This document shows, piece by piece, positions 23,637-35,788 of a stretch of DNA of 64,000 nucleotides; positions within the stretch are counted from its first letter, which is position 1; every line of letters starts with the position of its first letter. A program made the position numbers and the translations under genes. The DNA lies in assembly GCA_963849325.1 (NCBI GenBank), contig CAWKHF010000009.1:160001-224000 (forward strand), written 5' to 3'. Below the pieces are notes generated by a model. That model was not told where the DNA came from. It was given only the letters and a program-made list of their open reading frames with translations, and did not search any database. The stretch comes from an uncultured Planctomycetota bacterium. Lineage in GTDB: Bacteria > Planctomycetota > Planctomycetia > Gemmatales > Gemmataceae.

Positions 23637-24355
23637 TCAGCGATACGAAGTGACGCCGACTTGCCGGCACATCTCCAGCAACGGGCAGGTCGAACACTTC
23701 GGCGCGTGCCCGTGCAGACGTTCTTGCCGAAGGGCACCAGCAGCGCATTGATCTCGATCCAGTAGGACTGCGGCAACTTCTTCTGCAGCGCCGCCATCGT
23801 CTTCTCGGGCGTCTTCGCCTCCACGTAGCCCCAGCGGTTGGTGACGCGATGGACGTGAATGTCCACGCCGATGAACGGCAGACCGCAAGCAATGCCCAGG
23901 GTCAGGTTGGCGCACTTGGACCCGACGCCCTTGAACGAAAGCAGCACATCGAGGTCTCCGGGCAGCGTGCTGCCGTGGTCCGCCACGGCGCGGCGGGCGA
24001 TGGCGCGGATGGTCGCCGCCTTCGGTTCGTGAAAGGTGCAGGCGCCGATCAGGCGATCGATTTCCGTCTCGGACAGGACGGCGACCTCGGCGGGGGTGCG
24101 GGCCCGGGCGAACAGCCGGCGGGCAACCGGCAGCGTGGTCTCATCCCGAGTCCGAATCGACAACAGACAGGCGATGAGGATTTCAAAGACCGAGGTATGT
24201 CCCTCGGCGTACAACTCGAACAGGGCCGCCTTGGGATAAAGGGCCGTCGCTTCGCGGAGGAGACGAATCGCTTCCTCGATGTCGAAGGGCCGCTTGCCGG
24301 CAGGCGGCGCCGTTTTCCTCCTGCCTTTCGGGCCGGGTTTCTTCGCGGCGCTCAT
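23637..24355 (-). CDS. nth: Endonuclease III-family DNA glycosylase (frameshift ~23705)
   Basis: FEILIACLLSIRTRD, HhH FKGVGSKCANL, VDIHVHRV, and an Fe-S motif C..PKCSTCPLLEMC split across frames. Confidence 0.88.
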
Positions 24356-24478
24356 GGCTGCTTCGCTCGTATGGGGTCACTCGGGCGCAGGAATTTATAT
24401 GGTCTCGCGGCCCCGCGTGGTATACTAATCTGGGAGTGGCGCGTTCCGTCGGTTCTGCTTTTCCGGTGGCGAGAACCC

Positions 24479-25065
24479 ATGCCTGCGCAGCTCGTGTCCC
24501 TGGATAACGGTCCCAGCATTCTGCTGGATAAACCGATCTTGCTGCTTGGCCGGCATCCCGAGTGCGACATCCAGATCGACTCGCGCAAGATTTCGCGCCG
24601 CCATTGCTGCATCGCCCAAGTCAGCGATTACCTCGTGGTCCGCGACCTGGACAGCACCAACGGCATCCGCATCAACGGCGTGCGTCTGACCGAGGGTCGC
24701 CTGACCGGCGGCGATGAACTGACCATCGGCAATAGTCGCTTCAAGGTGACCTGGGACAACGTTTCGGCCCAAGTCCACTCGCCGCGGCCGGAGAAAAAGC
24801 CGACTGTCGCGGCGCCGACCGCGGCGGTCGCCGTCGAGGACGACATCCTCGAATCCTGCGATGATCCGGTCCCCCTGGCCGAACCCGGCGCGGACGGCCC
24901 GTCCTCGGCCCATCGGGGGGCGCCGGCGCTGCTGCGCCGCCTCCGCTGCCGGCGGCCGGCTCGGACGGATCGGTCATCCTGCCCGACGAACTGGAGTTGA
25001 TGCCCAACAGCAACGTCTATCCCAAACTGTCGCCGCACGAGTCCGGGTCTCATCCTCCCGTCTGA
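24479..25065 (+). CDS. FHA-domain protein (frameshift ~24945)
   Basis: LLGRHPECD...ISRRHC...DLDSTNGIRING; low-complexity tail ending TGA 25063-25065. Confidence 0.88.
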
Positions 25066-25075
25066 ACCTCTTCCC

Positions 25076-26056
25076 TCACGCGCACTCGACACTCAGATAC
25101 TGGACGCTGAACCAGTCGCGTTCGTCGAGCCACACCTGACGCACCCGCAGTCCGGCACTGCGGGCCAGGCGCTCGATGTCCGTCAGACTGTACTTGTAGG
25201 AATACTCGGTGCAGATGCTCTCCCCGTCGTCCAGGGCAAAGTCCTCGCCGCCGACGCGGACGGTTTGCGCCGCCCGACTCAGCAAGTGCATCTCGATGCG
25301 GCCGGGTCCGGGGTTGTAGAAGGCGTAATGATGGTAGCGCGCCGGCACGAAGTCGGCGTCCAGTTCCCGATTGATGCGGGCGAGCAGGTTGAGGTTGAAA
25401 GCGGCCGTGACGCCGAGACGGTCGTTGTAGGCGGCGTGGAGGATGTGAGGATCTTTCTTGAGATCGACGCCCAGCAGCAGACCGCCGCCGGGGCCGCACA
25501 ACGAAGCCATGTGGGCGAGCAAGTCGCGCGCTGCGGGCGGCTCGAAGTTGCCGATCGTCGAGCCGGAAAAGAAAACCACCCTCCGCGCCGCGGTCCGGCC
25601 TGGGGCCGGCAGGGCGAACGGGCGCGTGAAATCCGCCTCGATCGGCCGCACGACCAGGTTCGGATACAGCCGGGCCACGTTGCGGGCCGTCTGCCGCAGT
25701 TGTTCGCCGTTGATGTCCACCGGCAGGTAGGCGGCCGGCTCCCGCAAGTGCTCCAGGAGCCGGCACGTCTTGCGGCTGCTGCCGCTACCGTACTCGATGA
25801 GGGCGACGCCGCCGCCCAGGCACTCCGCCATGTCCGCCGCATGGCGCTGGAGGATCGCCAATTCACAGCGCGTCGGGTAATACTCGTCCAGCTCGCAGAT
25901 GCGGTCGAACAGCTCGCCGCCGGCCTGGTCGTAGAGGTACTTGCACGGCAGCCGTTTGGGCGTGCGGCCCAGGCCCTGGAGCACGTCGCGCCGGAAGGCG
26001 TCGGTCAACCGCGCAGGCGAGGACGCCGGCGAAGCGGAGAGGAGTTGATGGGTCAT
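25076..26056 (-). CDS. egtD: L-histidine N-alpha-methyltransferase
   Basis: KRLPCKYLYD, EYYPTRCE, IEYGSGSSRKT, GSTIGNF, AYNDRLGVTAAFNLN, TEYSYKY; ATGA overlap with egtB. Confidence 0.95.
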   Translation of the reverse strand: MTHQLLSASPASSPARLTDAFRRDVLQGLGRTPKRLPCKYLYDQAGGELFDRICELDEYYPTRCELAILQRHAADMAECLGGGVALIEYGSGSSRKTCRLLEHLREPAAYLPVDINGEQLRQTARNVARLYPNLVVRPIEADFTRPFALPAPGRTAARRVVFFSGSTIGNFEPPAARDLLAHMASLCGPGGGLLLGVDLKKDPHILHAAYNDRLGVTAAFNLNLLARINRELDADFVPARYHHYAFYNPGPGRIEMHLLSRAAQTVRVGGEDFALDDGESICTEYSYKYSLTDIERLARSAGLRVRQVWLDERDWFSVQYLSVECA

Positions 26057-27348
26057 GAGTCTTTCGCCAAGCGGATGCCGGTGAATTGCCAGCGGGCGTG
26101 CGGCGGGAAGAAGTTGCGATAACTGCGACGGAAGTGCGACTTCGGCGTCGCACACGAGCCGCCCCGCAGGACCATCTGATTGCACAGGAACTTGCCGTTG
26201 TACTCGCCCAGGGCGCCCTCCGGAAGCCGGTATCCGGGATAGGCGACGTAGGGGCTGGCGGTCCACTGCCACACCTCGCCGAACATCTGGGCCGGCCGAT
26301 CGTTTGGGGCGGCTGCGGGCAGAGGCCGGGGATGCAGCTGTTCCGAGTCGAGGAACGACCCGTGCAGCGGACACATTTCGGCGGCGGTCTCCCATTCCGC
26401 TTCCGTGGCCAGGCGCGCCCGGCCCAGCGCAGCGTAAGCGTCGGCCTCATAATAGCTCACGTGGCAAACGGGATCATCGTCACGCACGGGCCACAGGCCG
26501 GCGAGCGTCATGCGGAACCAGGAATCGTCCTGTCGCTCCCAGTACAGGGGCGCCTGCCAATCCTCGGCGCACCGCGCCGCCCAGCCGTCGGACAACCACA
26601 GCTCCGGCCGCCGATAGCCGCCATCTTCCAGGAAAGCGCGATACTCTCCGCTGGTCGTCAGGCGCGAACCCAGCGCAAACGGCGCCACGAATACCCGGTG
26701 CCGAGGGCTTTCGTTGTCGTAGGCGAAGCCGTCCCCCTTATGTCCGATCCAGCGCACCCCCCCAGGATAGCGATGCCAGTTCAACGGCGCGGGTGAAGCC
26801 GGCGGTTCGGCCGGCCGTTCACGGAAGACCGGCCGCAGGGGATTGCCGGCAAAGGCGTGCTGGAGATCGGTCAGCAGCAATTCCTGATGTTGCTGCTCGT
26901 GGTGCAGGCCAAGCACAATCCGTTCACGAACCTCCGGCGCCATCTCCTGCTCGCCGGCGCCCATCATTCGGAGCATCGTGGCATCGACATGCTTGCGATA
27001 GCGGAAGACCTCGGCAACCGTTGGCCGCGAGAGCAACCCTCGCTGCCCGCGCGGCCAGAAGGCGCCGATGCGGTGGTAATACGAGTTGAACAAGTAGCCG
27101 AATTGTGCATGGAAAGGGCGATAAGCAGGGTCGTTCTGGGCGAGCACAAAGGTCTCGAAGAACCAGCTCGTGTGCGCCAGGTGCCACTTGGTCGGGCTGG
27201 CATCGGGCATCGATTGCACGCCGAAATCTTCGATCGCCAGAGGGGCGCACAGCTGCTCCGTGCGGGAGCGGACTTCCCCATAAAAGGAAAGCAACGTGAC
27301 ATCGCCATCGGTCGTCGTCGTAGCCTCGTCCTCCCGATTCAACCTCAT
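26053..27348 (-). CDS. egtB: Ergothioneine sulfoxide synthase
   Basis: QSMPDASPTKWHLAHTSWFFETF, HHEQQHQELLLTD, GEYNGKF, RRSYRNFF...RWQFTGIRL. Confidence 0.95.
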   Translation of the reverse strand: MRLNREDEATTTTDGDVTLLSFYGEVRSRTEQLCAPLAIEDFGVQSMPDASPTKWHLAHTSWFFETFVLAQNDPAYRPFHAQFGYLFNSYYHRIGAFWPRGQRGLLSRPTVAEVFRYRKHVDATMLRMMGAGEQEMAPEVRERIVLGLHHEQQHQELLLTDLQHAFAGNPLRPVFRERPAEPPASPAPLNWHRYPGGVRWIGHKGDGFAYDNESPRHRVFVAPFALGSRLTTSGEYRAFLEDGGYRRPELWLSDGWAARCAEDWQAPLYWERQDDSWFRMTLAGLWPVRDDDPVCHVSYYEADAYAALGRARLATEAEWETAAEMCPLHGSFLDSEQLHPRPLPAAAPNDRPAQMFGEVWQWTASPYVAYPGYRLPEGALGEYNGKFLCNQMVLRGGSCATPKSHFRRSYRNFFPPHARWQFTGIRLAKDS

Positions 27349-27497
27349 GCGGAACTCTCCCTCGCGCAGCGGCTCGCTCGCAGATGGCTTCCGTCTCCTC
27401 GTGATAGGAGCTTGTCACCGCCGAATCAATAGGCTGGACCTCAGCCAATTCATCACCCCGAGAGAGGAATGCAAGTCTCGGACCATTGCCGCGCAAG

Positions 27498-29201
27498 TTA
27501 TTCGGTTTCGCCGCGTCCCGCGCTCCCAGACGCGGCCAAACTCCGCACACGATAGAGCCGGTAACTCGCATCTTCATACACCAGCTCCAGCGCCTCGGAG
27601 CGAACGTCGCGGTCGGTGGGGGCGATCACGTGGGTGATGCCGCGGCGCACCAGTTCGGAGATGATTTCCTCTCGGTCCCAGTTGCGTTGCTCGTACAGGT
27701 CGTGGCCCCACCGGACGCGCTCGTGCCATGCCAACACTTCAACGTCCTTGTAGGGAATCGACTTGAAATCGATGAAGATCGGCGCGCCGGTAGAGAGGCG
27801 AAAGCGTTGCAGATCGATCGAAATGACCCGGCCCTGCTGATTGCGTCGGGGCGGCGGCGTGAAATTGAGGGAGGCGGCGCCCTTGGGACCGGAAGTCTGT
27901 TTCGGCACTTCCACGGGCAACAGGTAGACCTCTCCCCGCGACTTGTGGTCGCGGACGTACTCCAGGAGCGGGCCGTCCTCCGCGTTGGTCTGGTATCCCA
28001 GCTCGAAAGCGTTGATCGTCGCTCCTGCGGCCACGAGGACGGCCAGGACGGCGACAGACACGGCCTGGAGTACACGCTCCCCGCCGAGGGTGCGCGGACG
28101 AAACCAGACGGCGAGCCGATTCACCAGCCGGGCCAGAACGATGGTCGTGGCCAGGGGGACCAGGACGGCCGAGGTGCGCCAGGGGAAGAGCAGGGCCAGC
28201 GTGTCATTGCCGGTCGCCAGCTGCACCAGGGTTAGCACGAACGAGAGGACAAATGGGAGGAACAAGATCGGAAATAAGCGCTCGCCCCGTACCAGGAACA
28301 GGGCGACAGCAACCCAAACGATTTGGGCCAGGGCGATCCCGTCAAACCAGCGTTGAGGTTCCGCATGATGGGGGATGCGAAAATGGGCTAGCAAATGTTG
28401 GGCGTCCACGAACGCCTGCGGAGAAGAAGGGGCGAACGTAACGAGATTGTAGACCAGCACCGGCGCGACGACGGCGAAGGCCCAGCCGCCCACGACGAAA
28501 GACTCTCGGACCCGCTTCTCCCGACACAGTAAATAGAGATAAGACAAGGTGAAAAAAGCGGCCGAGAGGAGGTACGTCGAGTGCATCACCGCGGCGAGCG
28601 ACGACCACGTGACGGCCCGGAGCGGCCGGTCCTGCAAGAACGAGTGGATGGAGAGGACGAGCAGGGCGCCGAAGACCGACGGCTGCAATCCGGCCCCGAG
28701 CAGATACTGGTTGGCGACGCCGGCCTGGAAGTACCAGGGATAATCCACGCCGAACAGCCGCGCCGAGAGCCAGCGCGGCAAGGCGGCGTGCAGGGCGACG
28801 AACAGCGTGAGGAAACCGAGACGCGCCCGGTTGTCCGGCCGGCGCTCGGCGAGGAGAGTGGCGATGCCCACCAGGCCATGAAAGTAGGCCCCCAGGAGGA
28901 GGACGTAGTAGACGTAGAAAAGCGATTCGTGCAGGTGTCGATAGGTGAAGGCGACCAGCGCACTGAAAAGCGGCGTGGGATCAGCGGTGTGGGCCAGCCA
29001 ATCGTCGCCGAGAAAGCCGTCGCCGCCGCGGGCCAGGCCATGCAGGAAATACTGGTTCTGGTTCGAGTAGTACAGGGGAGGTTGCGTGTAGGCGACGCCG
29101 AACACCAGCGCCCAGAACAGGAAGGAGAACGCATTCTTGATGCCGCGAGGCAGGCGTTGCCTCGCGGAATCCGGCGATTTGACGGCGTTGTCTCCCGACA
29201 T
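27498..29201 (-). CDS. Multi-pass membrane protein (DUF6798-like)
   Basis: PLYYSNQNQYFLHG, many TM helices, FRIPHH, FRLSTGAPIFIDFKSIPY. Confidence 0.7.
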   Translation of the reverse strand: MSGDNAVKSPDSARQRLPRGIKNAFSFLFWALVFGVAYTQPPLYYSNQNQYFLHGLARGGDGFLGDDWLAHTADPTPLFSALVAFTYRHLHESLFYVYYVLLLGAYFHGLVGIATLLAERRPDNRARLGFLTLFVALHAALPRWLSARLFGVDYPWYFQAGVANQYLLGAGLQPSVFGALLVLSIHSFLQDRPLRAVTWSSLAAVMHSTYLLSAAFFTLSYLYLLCREKRVRESFVVGGWAFAVVAPVLVYNLVTFAPSSPQAFVDAQHLLAHFRIPHHAEPQRWFDGIALAQIVWVAVALFLVRGERLFPILFLPFVLSFVLTLVQLATGNDTLALLFPWRTSAVLVPLATTIVLARLVNRLAVWFRPRTLGGERVLQAVSVAVLAVLVAAGATINAFELGYQTNAEDGPLLEYVRDHKSRGEVYLLPVEVPKQTSGPKGAASLNFTPPPRRNQQGRVISIDLQRFRLSTGAPIFIDFKSIPYKDVEVLAWHERVRWGHDLYEQRNWDREEIISELVRRGITHVIAPTDRDVRSEALELVYEDASYRLYRVRSLAASGSAGRGETE

Positions 29202-29252
29202 GGAAGCCCTCGAATGTCCTGTTCCGTGCGTCGGCGATGACGAACAAACGTC

Positions 29253-30059
29253 TCAGACGATGCCTCCGCCGCGAAGCTGTTTGTGGAAGAAATAGATCGA
29301 CAGCCCCAGGCCGATGGCGATGATGACCCAGCGCATCACCGAAGGACGGACGCGCCGGGCGACGCGGGCGCCGAGGTAGCCGCCGAGGATCGCGGCGGCG
29401 GCCATGACCAGGGCGTAGAGCCAGAAGACCCTACCTTCCAGCACGAAAATCACCACGGAGACGCCGTTAATGCAGAAGGCGAGAAACGTTTTGACGGCGT
29501 TCATCTGATGGACGTCGGGCAGGCCCATCAGGGCGAGGGCGCTGAGCATCAGGATGCCGATGCCGGCGCCGAAGTAGCCGCCGTAAACGGCTACCAGGAA
29601 CTGAAACAGCACCACCGCCGCGACCGTCCGGCCCGAGGCAGGCGCCGCGTGCGACTGCCGGGTGAGCCGCGACACCGTCGGCTGGATGAGAAACAGCACG
29701 ACCGCAAGGAGGAGGAGCCAGGGGACGAGGGCCATGAAAATCGTCGAGTCGAGTCGCGTCGCCAGCAGGGAGCCGGCGACGCCGCCGAGCAGGCTGGGTC
29801 CGATGAGGAGGACGGTCCAGCGCCGGGCCGCGTGCATCTCGCGGCGGTAGCCCCACGCTCCCGCCAGCGAGCCAGGAGCCAGGGCGACGGTGCTGGTGGC
29901 GTTGGCGGTCACACCGGCCTCGACGCCCAGCAGCGGCGTCAGCGCCGTCAGCAGGGCCGGGAAGGTCAGGAGCGTCCCGCCGCCCGCCACGGAGTTCATC
30001 ATCCCCGCGGCCAGGGCCGACAGACCAAGCCATAACAGCAGACTCGGCGGCTCAGACAT
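29253..30059 (-). CDS. TauE/SafE-family transporter
   Basis: AGMMNSVAGGGTLLTFP, YGGYFGAGIGI, ~8 TM. Confidence 0.92.
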   Translation of the reverse strand: MSEPPSLLLWLGLSALAAGMMNSVAGGGTLLTFPALLTALTPLLGVEAGVTANATSTVALAPGSLAGAWGYRREMHAARRWTVLLIGPSLLGGVAGSLLATRLDSTIFMALVPWLLLLAVVLFLIQPTVSRLTRQSHAAPASGRTVAAVVLFQFLVAVYGGYFGAGIGILMLSALALMGLPDVHQMNAVKTFLAFCINGVSVVIFVLEGRVFWLYALVMAAAAILGGYLGARVARRVRPSVMRWVIIAIGLGLSIYFFHKQLRGGGIV

Positions 30060-30281
30060 GGTCCTTCCATTGCGGGATGGGCGATCGGAGCCTTCACGAT
30101 CGTATGCACCTTATCCGATGCGCCGTTGGGACGGCAACAGCCGTTGAGACGATGGGAGTGGAGTTCTCCACGAAAGAGGAGCGCGGGGTTAAGGGTTACG
30201 CGGACGGTTCCTACTCGACCGGACACAGGTAGCCCAAGTCCGTAGCTTACCGGGTGGTCCCGTTTTCGGACCCCCTAGAAT

Positions 30282-32295
30282 TCAATCGCTCGTCAAATCT
30301 CGGGCCATGCGGACGAACGCCGCCACACGCAGAAGATGATGCCCCGCACGGCGTCCTTCCCAACGCAGGGTGTGACTCTTCTGTTCCAGAGCCTCGGCCA
30401 ACGGCGCGATGCGCTCCGCCAGCCGCGCCAGTCCGACGGCCTCGCCCTGACGCTGTAAGTCCCGCCAGCGACGGGCGACGAGCGGATCGCTCCGCTGCAA
30501 ACCCAGCACGAACAGCTCACCCAGCCCCGCTTGCAGGCTCAGCAAGTAGTCGCCAAGCGGGTCCGCCCCTTGTGGCATTGCCGACAATTCGATGTCAGCT
30601 CCCACTGTCTCCCGGTGCCGCTCGATCCAGGGTTGCAAGGTGCTCCGCTTCGTGCCGTCCTGCCAAACCAGGCATACCGGATGGATCATCAGCCCGACGG
30701 CGCCGCGCTGCACGGAGCCGGAGACGAAGCGCAACTCCTTCGGTTTTTCGCCCAAGCACGCCAGCAGCGCCTCGGCGCCCGCCTGGCCGCGCGACGTGTA
30801 CGGATGGACGAGCCGCATGCGCTGGCCGCGTCGGTCGAGAAGGACGGCCTGCACGCTCTGCGTGGCGGCGTGGAACTGCACGCTGTCGGCGGCGGTCACG
30901 GCGCAGACGTGGAAGTCCTCGGCCACGCGCCGCGGCCGTAGCGACGCCGGCGGCAGCGCGCTCAGCCGTGCCTCCAGTTCGGCGAACTCCTCGACCAGGA
31001 CGGGAGGACGCAGACTTTCCCACGCGAATGCCTGCGGCTGCACGCTGGCGTCGGAGCGGCCGGGAATCAGGTGGAAACTCGCCGTCCGTTTGCCGCCGCG
31101 AATGAGCAGTTGTCCCGCCCCCAGCGTGGCGAACGAACTGCCCTTGGCCGCCGATGCCTGGGCCAGTTCACCGAAGGCGCGCGGCGGCTTGGCCGGGTCG
31201 GGATCGTCCGCGAACTCCTTGCACACCGCCACGAGGCTGCCCGAATCGCTGTCCTGCAAGTAGGCCGTCAGCTCGACGCTGCGTTTCTTCAGCCGGACCC
31301 CGCAGCCCAGGCCGATGAAACGCGCACTGCCGAGGTTCAACGGCCGGTCGGCGCTGGTGCCGCGAAGGAGCAACTGCGGCAGCGCCCCCGTGTCGTGGCG
31401 GATGGCGTCGAGGCGAATCAGCCATTCGCCGATTAAGTCCGCCACGCGCTCCGGGGCGAACAGGGCGTCGTGCTCGGCATAGCGCTTGTGCTGCTCACCC
31501 AACTCCGCGAGGATCGTCGCGGGCCAGATCAGATCGTTCTGCCGGCAAGCCTCTTCGAGGCGCGTCAGCCGGCTGCCCCAGGCCGACGCCGCCCCCGAGA
31601 TGCCATGTTCGCAGAAGTCGAGGACGGCGTTTTCGAGTTCGTCGAGCAGATCGGTCGGCGCCGCGGGCGTTTTCTCGCCGGTGGCGAGAATTCCGGCGCT
31701 TTGGTTCGGTCCCAGGCGGCGAAACGCCCACACGGCCAGCGGGACGTGGCTGCAAGGGGTCGGCTCCGCGCAATCGCAGTGGGTGTAGCGCACGTCGCCC
31801 GGCACGAGGAAGCGCACGAGACAGGCTTGCAGGTGAAAGCGTGCGCTGGGCTTGCTGCTGCGGACCAACTCGACGAGGACTCCCTGCTCAAACTGCGCGG
31901 AACCTTCGTGAACGCGGCCGGTCGGTAGTGCCGGGCCAGTTCTTCATCCGAGATGGTGCCCGGATCCCACGCTTCCGCCGGCGCGGACCGCCCTGTCCGT
32001 CGTCTGGTTCGTGCGCCTGGCGCTGATAGGCCAGTACCGTGCGGACGAGGTGCCGGCACAGGCCGACGGCGGCGCAGGAACAGCGGCCGTCACCCACAAC
32101 GGCGCCGGCCGGAATGCGGCACTCGACTCCGTCGGACCACTTCGCCGTCACTTCGCCTTCGGCCGATTCCATCAGCTCGACACGGCATTCGTTCGCCTCG
32201 ATTTCGCGCTGGGCGCGCTTGACCGTGCCGCGGTTGGTCAGGGCGGCGAGATCGTCCAGCGACAGGACGAGCAGATCGTTACGGGCCATGCTCAT
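30282..32295 (-). CDS. SWIM zinc-finger protein (YehQ-like), frameshifted ~31890-32000
   Basis: LAALTNRGTVKRA; two CxC-x5-CxH motifs (CSCAAVGLCRH, CDCAEPTPCSH); ATGA coupling to the vWA gene. Confidence 0.85.
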
Positions 32296-33430
32296 CGCAC
32301 CTTTTGGGCCACCCATTCAGCCAGCTCGCCCGGCGTCATCGCGCCAACGTGCGCCCCCAGGGCGACCATGCTGCTCGGCGGTGCCGCGATCGTAGTTCGG
32401 CTCGGCCCGCTCGTCCAGCGCCGCCAGCCCCAGCAGCGTCACGCCGCTTTCGATCAGATGTTTCGTCACGGAAAACAGGCGTTCCAGCGGGGCGCCCTCG
32501 TAGAAGTCCGTGATGAGGACGACGATCGTTCGCCGCGGGTTGTCCACCAAGCGCGAGGCGTAGGCCAGGGCGCCGCCGATGTCGGTGCCGCCGCCGAGCT
32601 GCACCTTCATGATCGCCTCGACCGGATCGGCGCAGTGCTCGGTCACGTCCACGACGTTCGTATCGAACAGCACGAGGTGCGTGCGCAGGCTCTGGATGCC
32701 GACGAAAATGGCGGCGGTGACGGCCGCATGGATAACGCTGTCCACCATGCTGCCGGACTCGTCCACGACGACGATCACCTGCCAGCGATCCGCCTGCCGC
32801 CGCACGCGCGAATAAAAGTACGGCGTGCGGATGAACAGACGTTGGCTATCCGGATCGTAGTTAGCCAGGTTGCGGCGCAGGGTGGTGCGGGCGTCGAAGT
32901 TCTTGGCCACCTTCAGGTGCGAGCGTCGCCGCCGGTCGGCGGCGCCGAGGAACACCGACCGCACCGGCCGAGCCAGCTTCTCCATCATCTGCTCGATCAC
33001 CTTGCGCACCAGCATGCGCGCCAGCGCCAGCACTTCCTGGTTCATCAGGTGCTTGGTGTGCAGGACGGCCTTGAGCAGCGTCGGGCTCGGCTGGGCGCGC
33101 GACAGCAGGTCGGGGTTGGTGACCAACTCCTGGATCTGGTAGCGCTCCAGGGCGTCCTTCTCGATGCGCTCGATGGTGCGGCGTGGGAAGAGCGTGTGGA
33201 CGGCGTTGATCCACTCCGGCACGTTCAGCTGCGAATCTTCCTGGCCGCCGCGCTGGCCGGCGGAGCCGCTGCGGACGGACGTTCCGGCGCGAACCGTACT
33301 CGCGGTTGTAGAGGAAGCCCAGCGCCTGATCGCGCTGCGCTTCGGCGCCTTCCAGCCCGCAGCCCAGTCCCTGCTCGGCGTCGCTGCCCAGCACCAGGCG
33401 CCAGCGGATCAGACCCTCACGCGGATTCAT
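32292..33430 (-). CDS. vWA (CoxE-like) protein (YehP-like), frameshifted
   Basis: RWRLVLG N-terminus, [40 protein letters not shown]. Confidence 0.9.
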
Positions 33431-35780
33431 GAGCGTGTCCCTCGCACTCCGTATTTTTCCAGGGCGGCGAAAAGGCGAGCCTCGAAGGCCAGGGCGCGGG
33501 CGGCCGTGGCCGGGTCCACCGTCAGCGCCGCCAACTCGGGCACCTTCTCCAGTCCCAACGCCTCGCGCAGCGTCAGGGCCAGGTGATGCTTCTCGCGCGG
33601 CGTGAAGTAGGTGAACGCCAAACGCAGGGCCGGCAGCGCGGTCAGGAAATCGTCATCGCCATAGCTGCCGAGCAGGTCGTTGATGCCGAGCACGAGATCG
33701 CGCTGCCGCTGCACTTGCTCGCGGGCCAGGGCGAACAGTCCCGTCAGAAAGTCGCCGAGATGGTCGGGGTCGGCGAACTGGCGCAGGGCCGTCCGCACCT
33801 GGTCAGCGTCGGCGGCCCCCAGCGACCACTGGGCGCCGATCGCGCCGCCGCGCACCAGCGGTCGCTGCGCCCGATCCACGCCGATGCGAGCAAGTACCTG
33901 CACGAGTTCGGAACGATCCAGCTCCAGGGACCGCTCGCAGCGCTCGAAAGTCTCGCGCAGGCCGATCAGTCCTTCGCAGTAGCGGCGCGTCCTGGCCCGT
34001 CACCTGGCCCAGACCTTCCAGCAGCCACAGGCCGCGCTGATAGGTCTTCGACGAGCAAGGGCGCCGATCTCGCCGCGCCCCGCCGTCTCCAGCACCGCGT
34101 CATAACGGTACAGGTAGAGCAGGTGGCCCAGCGCTGCCGGTCACGGAGAAGAAACTGCCGTCGCCGTACGGACCAACTCTTTCAAGCGATCGAGTAAACC
34201 GCCAGCCAGTTCGGTCAACCCGGCCAGGGCCGCATCGAGCAGGAGCAGGGCGGCCTTGCCGGCGTCGCGCTCGATGCCGCCGGCCGCTTCCGTCAAGCGC
34301 GTCGCCGCCGCCTCGGCGAGCGACGGCCCGTACCGCGCCGACTCGATGCACCGCGCGTCGAAGTCGGGACTCCAGACGATGTGCCAGCGCTCCCACACGT
34401 TCGCCAGGTCGTCGCGCACGCTCAGGTCCGTGCCGCCGCTGCGTGCGTAGCCGCTGACGTCGAGCAGTCGCAGTCGATGCAGGACGCGGCTGCGCTGACG
34501 GTCGGCTGTCCTGGTGCGAGATCCAGCTCGACTTCGCGCGGCTGACTCCGCGCCTGCAGACTCGTGCGCCTCCAGCTGCGCCTGGATGTCGGCGGCCAGC
34601 GGCGGCAGCCTGGCGCCCTCGGCCAGCAGGCCGCGCTCCCCGCCGCGCAACACTTCATGCACGGCATCGAGCAGCGGATGCCGACCGCCGCGAGACATCT
34701 CCTCCTTGATGAGCGCGCCGATGACGCCGTCCACCAGATCGGTTCGCCACACCTCGGCATGACCGCGCAGGGCCGCCAGGCCGTGCGCCGTCGTCTCGGC
34801 GGCAATGAGGTCGGCGGCGCTGATCGCTTGCTTGCTCTCGCGCAGGCGCTGGGCCACCCGCTTGAGGAGCGTGTGGTGCGTGTCGGTCTTCCGCTTCTGC
34901 CGGTCGCGCCACACCTGCTGATAGAAGCCCGGATTGGGCATGCCGGCCTCGTAGCCCGTCAGGCTGTCAAGGCGCTCGAACGAGTAGGGCGTCAGCGCGA
35001 TGCCGCGTTCCTCGCCTGGGTCCGGCGGGACCGGGCAGCACTCGGCCGGCTCCGCCATGTCCGCCGGCCCCTGCCCCGTCAACCGCGCGTGCAGGGCGAT
35101 GCTGTGATATCCGCCTGTCACCACGAGGACGCGCCCCTCGTGTTCGTCCAGCATTTGCCGGATCCTCGACGGCCATGAACGCCTCACGGCGGCGATCCGT
35201 GGCGCTGCCGGCGCCTTCGAGCAAACGCATGTTGCCGCACAGGTGATGGCAGCGTTGCAGGTACGTTTCGATTCCCAGCTCCGCGTCCAGCTCGAAGAGC
35301 GTATCCCAGAGGGTGTTGAAGTCCTCGACGCCGAGACGTTTGCACAGCGCGGCGATGTAGCCGCTGCGGCGAAACTCGGCGTCGCTGTAGCGATTGTCGG
35401 GTTCGTCCTCCGCCGCGGCGATGTCGGCCCAGTGCAGGTCGATGAAGTACACGGCCGCCCCGATCGCGCGGGCGGCGAGCAGGGCTTGCCATTCCGGCGA
35501 GTGCTCGCAGAGGGGATAATACGCCCCGCGACGCTGGCCGGTCGGCAGGCGCAGATAACTGTAGATGGCCAGCGGCGGACGGTGCGGCAGGAACAACTCG
35601 TCGATGCGCTCGTTGAAGTCGGCCGGCCCCTCGATGAGGACGGCGGCCGGTCGCAGACGCAGGGTCAGCTCGCGCACCAGGCGCGCCGCCGTCGGGCTGT
35701 GGTGGCGCACGGGGAAGAAGACGACGCGGGCATCCAGGTCCAGCAGTGCGGCAGATCGTAGGTGTACATCGGTGTCCCGC
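33427..35780 (-). CDS. DUF5682 protein (YehM-like), several frameshifts; start approximate
   Basis: FFPVRHHSP, VLIEGPAD, SPEWQAL, RREAFMA, VVTGGYH, YSFERLDSLTGYEAGMPNPG, LPALRLAFTYFTPRE. Confidence 0.85.
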
Positions 35781-35788
35781 CGCCGCGA

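Noticed and set aside
26053-27348. Selenoneine (SenA) cluster
   Set aside because: No SenB glycosyltransferase or SelD adjacent; coupling to egtD fits ergothioneine
27349-27497. SAM-type riboswitch upstream of egtB
   Set aside because: Only short hairpins; no recognisable SAM-I/II/IV core
30060-30281. ncRNA between the SWIM gene and tauE
   Set aside because: Several small hairpins, but no recognisable RNA family
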